Below, in pieces: positions 26,623-32,000 of a DNA stretch of 32,000 bases. This DNA is from Caldivirga maquilingensis IC-167. Lineage in GTDB: Archaea > Thermoproteota > Thermoprotei > Thermoproteales > Thermocladiaceae. The translations under genes were made by a program, and so were the position numbers. The stretch is from assembly GCF_000018305.1 (NCBI RefSeq), contig NC_009954.1, positions 720,001-752,000 on the forward strand, in the 5' to 3' direction. Under the pieces are notes generated by a model that saw only the letters and a program-made list of their open reading frames with translations, did no database searches and was not told the DNA's origin. The first letter of the stretch is position 1, and each line of letters opens with the position of its first letter.

Positions 26623-27291
26623 CTAACCCTGGAAGTACAACTTCATGTAGAGCTCCACATCCTTCTCAGGTATAACTGGTGGTTCCTTACCTAACACCAT
26701 GGCCACAAACTGCGCAGTGGCAACCTCCTCAAGGGTCTCCACCACAGCCTCAGCCTCAAGTAAATTAGCCCCCATACCCACTACCCCATGATTCATCAGT
26801 ATTATTGCACGCGCACCCTTAAGCGCAGCATCAGCAACAAGCTTAGCTAATTGGTCAGTCCCAGGGAAGGCAAAGGGAACGACCTCAACCTTCCTCAGGG
26901 TCATAATAGCCTCAACGGATATTGGCTTCAAGTTAACACCAGCCAACGCTAACCCTAATGTTACTGGGTTATGTGCATGAATCACTGCGTTAACATCCGG
27001 CCTAACTTTATATATGGCTGCGTGAAATGGAGTCTCTGTTGATGGCCTAAGCACGCCCTCAACCACATTACCATCTAAATCAACCTTAACTAAGTCATCA
27101 ACATTAACAGCACCCTTAAAGACACCACTGGGTGTTATCCAAAATTCACTGGCTCCAGGTACCCTGGCACTAACATTACCCCCAAGCGCAGACACTAATC
27201 CTCTCTCATACAGTGCCTTCATTACACGCGTAATCTCATTCTTAATCTCATCCTCACTAATGAGGCTAGGTCCCTCTTCCCCTGTTGACAT
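26623..27291 (-). CDS. Class II (zinc) aldolase/adducin family; predicted rhamnulose-/fuculose-1-phosphate aldolase
   Basis: 222 aa. It has PSTETPFHAAIY (catalytic Glu), VIHAHNP (Zn His-x-His) and LMNHGVVGMG (third His). It is the first gene of the operon. Confidence 0.85.
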   Translation of the reverse strand: MSTGEEGPSLISEDEIKNEITRVMKALYERGLVSALGGNVSARVPGASEFWITPSGVFKGAVNVDDLVKVDLDGNVVEGVLRPSTETPFHAAIYKVRPDVNAVIHAHNPVTLGLALAGVNLKPISVEAIMTLRKVEVVPFAFPGTDQLAKLVADAALKGARAIILMNHGVVGMGANLLEAEAVVETLEEVATAQFVAMVLGKEPPVIPEKDVELYMKLYFQG

Positions 27292-27313
27292 GCAGTGAAT
27301 ATTTAATCAGATG

Positions 27314-27320
27314 TATATAA
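27314..27320 (-). promoter_or_regulatory. TATA box for the aldolase-AOR-kinase-isomerase operon (minus strand gcttatatac)
   Basis: It is centred 26 nt upstream of the ATG whose first base is 27291. Confidence 0.5.
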
Positions 27321-27341
27321 GCATTTTACCATTATGTTTAT

Positions 27342-27355
27342 CCTAACATGTTAGG
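27342..27355. promoter_or_regulatory. Perfect 14-bp palindrome cctaacatgttagg upstream of the operon TATA box
   Basis: Read directly. It lies 22-35 bp upstream of the TATA box (relative to the minus-strand operon), the position expected for an archaeal activator or regulator site. Confidence 0.4.
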
Positions 27356-27476
27356 TATGCATGAAGACTCAATGAACATTAAATCATCATGCAATACCTA
27401 CAATAATAAACCATAACGTAGGCATAAAGCCTCAAAGGGGAAACCTTTTAAGGAGCCTATTAAGGACTAAATGAAA

Positions 27477-27565
27477 GCCGGGGTGGCCGAGCCTGGTTTA
27501 AGGCGTGGGCCTGCTAAGCCCATCCCCGCAAGGGGGCCCGGGTTCAAATCCCGGCCCCGGCGCCA
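27477..27565 (+). tRNA. tRNA-Ser (anticodon GCU), long variable arm, genomically encoded CCA, no intron
   Basis: The cloverleaf reads as follows: acceptor GCCGGGG/CCCCGGC, anticodon stem tgggc/gccca with loop cTGCTaa, variable arm ccccgcaaggggg, T arm CCGGG-TTCAAAT-CCCGG, discriminator G, then CCA. Confidence 0.95.
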
Positions 27566-28044
27566 TTGATTACTTTCGCTTGTGTTGAAGTGGATTTGGT
27601 GTTTACTGAGCTTTTATTGAAGATTATTCATGATTATTATTGTATACTTTGTTTAAATGAAGCTTTACATATCTTAATTATTCATTGATGACCTGATACG
27701 GGTAAACTAATGTGAGGTCTCTCTAAATGTAGTATTTTAATGTACTCCCGGATTCAAGGTTTCCGCTTCCGCTAGTTGAATTAATGGCTAAGAGTGGGGA
27801 TTGGGGTAAGATAAGGGGGTCATGTATTTATAATCGGTAAGGCCGATGAGGCTAAGGGGTCTTACGGATAAACTACACTTACACTAGTGGTTAAGAGTAT
27901 TTCATATGTTAGATTCAAACTAAGTAAGGTAGTAAGGGAAAACAAACTTTAGAACTTATAATTGATAATATTTTAATATTATTTAGATTGGAGTATGTAA
28001 GTTACAAATTAAATACTTAAATACTATCTTTCAGGAGTATTAAC

Positions 28045-29436
28045 GTGAAGTCTACTCATTATCCCAGTAGAGCAGCATATACCGTGGTCTCTGCCTTGGG
28101 GTATATGTTGGATGGATATGACCTAAGCGTTATCAGCGTTTTCACTTTCTCCTTACTCAAGTTTGGGTTCTTCAAGTATAATAGTCTAGAGCTGGGCTTT
28201 GTTAGTGGTGCGGCATTGCTAGGGGCAATGTTCGGTGCATTGATTTTTGGCCACTTCTCCGATAGACTCGGTAGGAGGTATCTATATACCTTTGATCTCT
28301 TATTCTTCGTAGTATTTGCAGCGCTCAGCGCCTTCTCCACTAACATTATTCAAATGATAATATACAGGTTCTTTGTGGGTTGGGGTGTAGGGGCTGATTA
28401 CGCCCTGAGCCCAGTTTACGCAACTGAAATGTATCCAACTAACAAGAGAGGAATGGGTTATGGTTGGGTGTGGACGTTCTGGAGCGTGGGTGCCTTCATA
28501 GCATTCATATTAGGCTATGTGTTTTACTTAGTTGATCCAGTATACGGATGGAGGTGGGCCTTGGGCATAGGTGCAATAATAGCGCTGGCCACGATAATAG
28601 TGAGGTCACTTATGCCGGAGTCTAGCCGTTGGAAGGTGGCAGTTAAGCAGGATACGAATGCCGTGGAAGAGGCCCGTCGGTTATCTCAAGTCACCGGTAT
28701 GAGTGATCAAGACATAAGTAAGCTAGTGGAGGTTGAAGCTAAGAAGCTAGCTCATGTGAAGCCAGGTTCGTTTTTGGAATTATTTAAGGGTGATTACGCG
28801 AAGAGGACGGCAATTGTCTGGACTCAATGGATACTATATGACATTGGGTCGTATGGTTTTGGCCTGTATGCCCCATCCATAATATCGATGCTTGGCTTCA
28901 AGGGCGCATCCTCCATGTTATTATCAGCACTACTCTACATACCGGGGGCCCTGGGTGCACTGGGTGCTGCATTCCTCAATGATAGGTGGGGGAGAAGGAT
29001 TCTTCAATTACTTGGTTTTGGTTTCTCCACGCTTGGAATGGTATTAGTAGCCTTAGGGGCATTAATAGGTGGGCTTATGGCCATGGTTATTGGTGTCATT
29101 GGATTAGTGTTGTGGTATGGCTTCGGTAATTTGGGTCCGGGAAACACCATGGGTCTGTATGCTATAGAGCTTTTCCCAACTAAGCTTAGGTCAACATCGA
29201 TGGGTAGTGCCACGGCCATAACCAGATTCGTATCGTTCTTGAGTGCCTTCGAGTTCCCATACATAGCCCTAGTCTTCGGTAAATTATCATTCTTCGAGTT
29301 CCTGGCAGCGATTACCTTCGTGGCCTTCATATTTACAATTTTCTTCACACCGGAGACTAAGGGAATATCGCTGGAAGACATAGCCACAGCCAAGTACAAG
29401 GGCCCTGGACTACATCCCAGACTAGAGGTGGAGTAG
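28045..29436 (+). CDS. MFS transporter, sugar-porter family
   Basis: 463 aa with 12 predicted TM helices. It has GHFSDRLGRRYLY (motif A), R...G.G.G, PESSRWK (compare PESPRW), NDRWGRR and TPETKGISLEDI (compare PETKG). It has a GTG start with a TATA-like ttaaata about 26 nt upstream. Confidence 0.85.
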   Translation: MKSTHYPSRAAYTVVSALGYMLDGYDLSVISVFTFSLLKFGFFKYNSLELGFVSGAALLGAMFGALIFGHFSDRLGRRYLYTFDLLFFVVFAALSAFSTNIIQMIIYRFFVGWGVGADYALSPVYATEMYPTNKRGMGYGWVWTFWSVGAFIAFILGYVFYLVDPVYGWRWALGIGAIIALATIIVRSLMPESSRWKVAVKQDTNAVEEARRLSQVTGMSDQDISKLVEVEAKKLAHVKPGSFLELFKGDYAKRTAIVWTQWILYDIGSYGFGLYAPSIISMLGFKGASSMLLSALLYIPGALGALGAAFLNDRWGRRILQLLGFGFSTLGMVLVALGALIGGLMAMVIGVIGLVLWYGFGNLGPGNTMGLYAIELFPTKLRSTSMGSATAITRFVSFLSAFEFPYIALVFGKLSFFEFLAAITFVAFIFTIFFTPETKGISLEDIATAKYKGPGLHPRLEVE

Positions 29437-29837
29437 GAACAGTGTACTGAATATCGCCTTTAAACAAGAATTTATTTAACCTTACCTTTAAGGTTCATCA
29501 TCAAGTGGAATTCCCCATCTCCACCCTGGTTATGGATCCTTTACGTTATGGTAAGTGCTAGGGAAGAGACAACTCTACTACATATAAGGGGTCTCAGTAT
29601 CCTTAGTGTGTTTCTTTATAGGCATAATACTGATTGATTCGGTAATACTTATTACAATTATTGGGATTGGGAGGCCGCATCATTAAAAGATATGTAAACC
29701 TGAATCAATGGTGGAGTTTATTCATTTAAGGTAGGAGGAAGTTTGGCATCTTCACGAATACTACTTACCTCAACTTACAATACTTGGGGGAATAGTAGAA
29801 GCCTCTAACATGCGAGCCCCCTCTAAAGGGTAAGGGG

Positions 29838-30269
29838 TTATTTTAATTTTAGCAGCCTTCTTAGTTTAATCCATTGATCAGTGAATTCAATTATGGAGAA
29901 GGTTAATAATGCAAGGATAGCTACCATGGTTATTAAATCTAGTTTAATTAAACCCAGTAGTAGGCTAATCAGATATATTACTGTTAATGCTGCTGAGAAG
30001 CCTAGGTAAAATGCAGTTCTAGGCAGCATAATGGATCTAACTATTATCACGCCTTCAATTACCCCATTTTTCCTAACCGCCCTATATCCATCGGTGTCCT
30101 TAGTCACTAACCCAAGTTCCCTTAGTCTTTCAAGGTGGTGGTATGCTTGGCCAGGACTTGATAAATCCAGGGCCCTCTGAACTTCTCTAATGCTCATGGC
30201 CTTACCCTCCCTAATTAGGAGTAGGTAAACCCTTAATGTTGTTTCACCTAACTTAACCTCATCGTTCAC
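29838..30269 (-). CDS. Membrane-anchored winged-helix (ArsR/MarR-like) DNA-binding protein
   Basis: 143 aa. The N-terminal wHTH is LRVYLLLIREGKAMSIREVQRALDLSSPGQAYHHLERLRELGLVTKDTDGY. Two C-terminal TM helices follow. It has a GTG start with tttataa (30291-30297) about 25 nt upstream. Confidence 0.65.
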   Translation of the reverse strand: MNDEVKLGETTLRVYLLLIREGKAMSIREVQRALDLSSPGQAYHHLERLRELGLVTKDTDGYRAVRKNGVIEGVIIVRSIMLPRTAFYLGFSAALTVIYLISLLLGLIKLDLITMVAILALLTFSIIEFTDQWIKLRRLLKLK

Positions 30270-30305
30270 GGTTGGGCGTATTGCCCTTGGTTATAAAGTT
30301 CTAGG

Positions 30306-30339
30306 CATTAGAACATGAATGCCCAGGTATTAGAAACAT
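30306..30339. repeat. Direct repeat attagaa(a)cat x2, 22 bp apart, plus 6-bp inverted repeat ggcatt/aatgcc, in the divergent promoter region
   Basis: Read directly: cattagaacat at 30306-30316, tattagaaacat at 30328-30339, and ggcatt at 30304-30309 paired with aatgcc at 30318-30323. The second copy may simply be the TATA element of the plus-strand gene. Confidence 0.5.
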
Positions 30340-30361
30340 TAACAGTGGGTGCAACAGTGGA

Positions 30362-31528
30362 GTGATGGGCATGGGAGGTGTAGGTATGAGGATACTCACG
30401 GCAATCATAGCGTTGGCGGTAGCCGCTACTATAGTATCTGTAGTATCTCTAGTGGTTATTGCTCAGAATCCTCAATGGGTTAATCAGCCTCAACCAATGC
30501 CTAACGCATTAGGTGGGTTAATGGTCTATATAATTAATGTTAATGGATCAATGGTAGGCTTAGTATCCTTCAATGGTCAATTCGCATGGGGTAGGGTTGC
30601 AGTGCAGTTAATAAATCCAAGGACAGAATATGTGCTTGTTGCTTATGGCCTCAACTTCACTGGTAATGGGTTAATGGAGTACATTGGATACACTTACGTT
30701 AATGGGTCAACATTACTAAGTGTAATTAAAGGTGGCTTAAGTAACCTATATTCATGGGTAAGGAGTGAAATTACCTTAAGGCCCCTTAACCAGTACCCGA
30801 ATTCAAGTATCACAATTATGGTTAAGTCACCCAGTGGTGAATTAATAAGCAATGGTACTCTATGTGCAATCCCGGTTTCAGCAATAGTGATACCGTGGTT
30901 CAGGGAGGCAGCATTAATGCAGGGTGTAGTATGTGTTAAAGTCGTAAATGGAATAGCACGGTTAGGTAACATACCTGAAATACCATATTACTTACTCTAT
31001 TATAATTACGTTAAACTGGGAGGTAGTAGCATTAGTACTGAGAGTGTTACGCATAAGGTGGTTAATGTATATGGTGTAAATGTTAACGTCACAGAGTATA
31101 CTGAGGTGGTGAGCATTACAGTGCCTTCAGTAATAATGTTACGTAACTTAACATTTACAATTCCAAGCAATAACACTTTAACTATAATTCCCAGGATATG
31201 GTACTTACCTTCACCGCAGTATAATATTAATGGACAAAATAGTGAGGAAAGCACTACTACGGCGAATGAAAGTGACCCAGTGAGTATTGTTAACTCAATG
31301 AATGGTGCCTTCAGTATAATGCCATCAACAAGTACATCCGTATCATCAACCATCACCTCAACTAGTGCACCAATACCACAGGTTGCTTCGCCTACTGAGC
31401 AGGGTCACATGGGTAGAGTCCACTATGAGTTAGCCTTAGTTGCAGTGGCAATTGCTGTGGTTACCGGGTTTATTGCAGCCTTAGTGGCTTCAAGGGTTAT
31501 TGTTAAGTCAGGGATCAAGCATGAATGA
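30362..31528 (+). CDS. Hypothetical anchored surface (glyco)protein
   Basis: It has an N-terminal TM/signal (MRILTAIIALAVAATIVSVVSLVVIA; the likely start is the ATG at 30386). There are 9 N-X-S/T sequons, a Ser/Thr-rich linker (STSTSVSSTITSTSAP) and a C-terminal TM anchor. No catalytic motif is recognised. Confidence 0.6.
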   Translation: MMGMGGVGMRILTAIIALAVAATIVSVVSLVVIAQNPQWVNQPQPMPNALGGLMVYIINVNGSMVGLVSFNGQFAWGRVAVQLINPRTEYVLVAYGLNFTGNGLMEYIGYTYVNGSTLLSVIKGGLSNLYSWVRSEITLRPLNQYPNSSITIMVKSPSGELISNGTLCAIPVSAIVIPWFREAALMQGVVCVKVVNGIARLGNIPEIPYYLLYYNYVKLGGSSISTESVTHKVVNVYGVNVNVTEYTEVVSITVPSVIMLRNLTFTIPSNNTLTIIPRIWYLPSPQYNINGQNSEESTTTANESDPVSIVNSMNGAFSIMPSTSTSVSSTITSTSAPIPQVASPTEQGHMGRVHYELALVAVAIAVVTGFIAALVASRVIVKSGIKHE

Positions 31529-31832
31529 AATCGATTACTCAATAGTGAATAGACGCATTGTTAGGCGTAGGACTCGTAGGAATAGGGATAGGGTAACAAT
31601 TATAATGCAGATACTAGAGTACTTAGCAGGTAGATGCAGTAAACCCAGTAAAGTATCCGTTGAATTGAATTTAACCTATGATAGGCTTATGCAGCTTCTA
31701 AAAAGTCTTGAGAATCTTGGGTTAATTAAAAGTAGTACGCATGGTTACTGCATTACCCAAAGCGGCTTAACACTATTAGAGGGTTATAGAAGATTCATGA
31801 ATACTCTTAAGGCCTTAAACATAATAGTCTAG
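31521..31832 (+). CDS. Small winged-helix DNA-binding protein with Arg-rich N-terminus
   Basis: The ATG at 31521 overlaps the stop of the upstream gene; the track start at 31500 is a TTG. The sequence RRIVRRRTRRNRDRVTIIMQILEYL...LTYDRLMQLLKSLENLGLIKSSTHGYCITQSGLTLL has an archaeal wHTH layout. Confidence 0.6.
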   Translation: MNEIDYSIVNRRIVRRRTRRNRDRVTIIMQILEYLAGRCSKPSKVSVELNLTYDRLMQLLKSLENLGLIKSSTHGYCITQSGLTLLEGYRRFMNTLKALNIIV

Positions 31833-31861
31833 TAACTTGCCTTTAAAATCAAGTATTTTCT

Positions 31862-32000
31862 CTAGTTCTTCTCAAAGACGCTTGGTGAAATCACATTCCC
31901 ATATTTACCTTCAGCCTCCAGCAGCCTCTGTCTTTGTTCACTAAGTATATTAAACAGTATCTTAGGCGTAGTAGGTATCTCTGAATATATCTTCATTATC
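31862..32000 (-). CDS. Possible 3' end of a minus-strand gene continuing beyond the window (or a 44-aa ORF from the ATG at 31996)
   Basis: The reverse frame is open from the window edge to the TAG at 31862-31864 and encodes ..IMKIYSEIPTTPKILFNILSEQRQRLLEAEGKYGNVISPSVFEKN*. It is not in the ORF track because it is too short within the window. There is no functional evidence. Confidence 0.25.
   Translation of the reverse strand, partial: IMKIYSEIPTTPKILFNILSEQRQRLLEAEGKYGNVISPSVFEKN

Noticed and set aside
24863-26626. Track ORFs 24863-25168, 25289-25612, 25931-26245 and 26420-26626 on the plus strand
   Set aside because: They are antisense shadow ORFs within the AOR gene, with Ser/Pro/Leu-rich composition and no motifs.
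27686-27696. tgatga followed one base later by ctga (k-turn / C-D box-like) in the post-tRNA spacer
   Set aside because: The boxes are adjacent rather than separated by guide regions, and there is no second box pair. This is most likely a chance occurrence in AT-rich DNA.
27292-29436. Integrated mobile element next to tRNA-Ser
   Set aside because: No integrase, transposase, terminal inverted repeats or clean direct repeat of the tRNA 3' end is present. Only the weak degenerate similarity reported as a low-interest finding was found.
29495-29501. A perfect C-box (atgatga) on the minus strand downstream of the MFS porter
   Set aside because: No D box (ctga) occurs within 50-70 nt downstream on that strand.
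29437-29837. 400-bp non-coding region examined for ncRNA, small ORFs or repeats
   Set aside because: I could see no GC-rich structured segment, no convincing hairpins or repeats, and no ORF with a start signal. It is left unannotated.
21657-31356. Antisense ORFs 21657-22037 (in rps5), 22465-22647 (in the isomerase), 28059-28346 and 29004-29399 (in the MFS porter), and 30694-30972 and 31006-31356 (in the surface protein)
   Set aside because: They are shadow ORFs opposite better-supported genes.

Overview
The window looks like chromosomal DNA from a hyperthermophilic crenarchaeon, possibly Thermoproteales-like. This is an inference from five observations: archaeal uL15 and uS5, a stand-alone Bud32 kinase, a short archaeal-type TIM, solute-binding and surface proteins with a Thr/Ser-rich linker plus C-terminal TM anchor, and TATA-like boxes centred about 26 nt upstream of many start codons, which implies leaderless mRNAs. 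I found no CRISPR array, rRNA, transposase or integrase. Contents in order: (1) the end of a Dpp/Opp-type ABC importer, with two permeases and an anchored binding protein; (2) a hypothetical protein with a possible YqgF/RuvC-like domain; (3) a minus-strand trio of a primase-like hypothetical, DUF711 and a class III aminotransferase; (4) an M50 protease and a decayed MFS gene remnant; (5) a second Dpp/Opp-type ABC set, with two permeases and two ATPases, the second ATPase split by a frameshift at a (TA)4 run; (6) a 644-aa ADP-ribosylglycohydrolase fusion protein and an alpha/beta hydrolase; (7) a citramalate-synthase-type gene whose catalytic N-terminus is out of frame with its ATG; (8) tpiA, rpl15, bud32, a coiled-coil hypothetical and rps5; (9) the most interesting block, a tightly packed minus-strand operon of class II aldolase, tungsten-type aldehyde:ferredoxin oxidoreductase, rhamnulokinase and a xylose-isomerase-fold isomerase, followed by tRNA-Ser(GCU) and an MFS sugar porter; (10) a divergent module of a membrane-anchored wHTH protein, a sequon-rich anchored surface protein and a small wHTH protein. 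Block 9 predicts a phosphorylative L-rhamnose or 6-deoxyhexose pathway, with AOR as the lactaldehyde-oxidising step. All functional calls come from motif recognition by eye. No database search was run.
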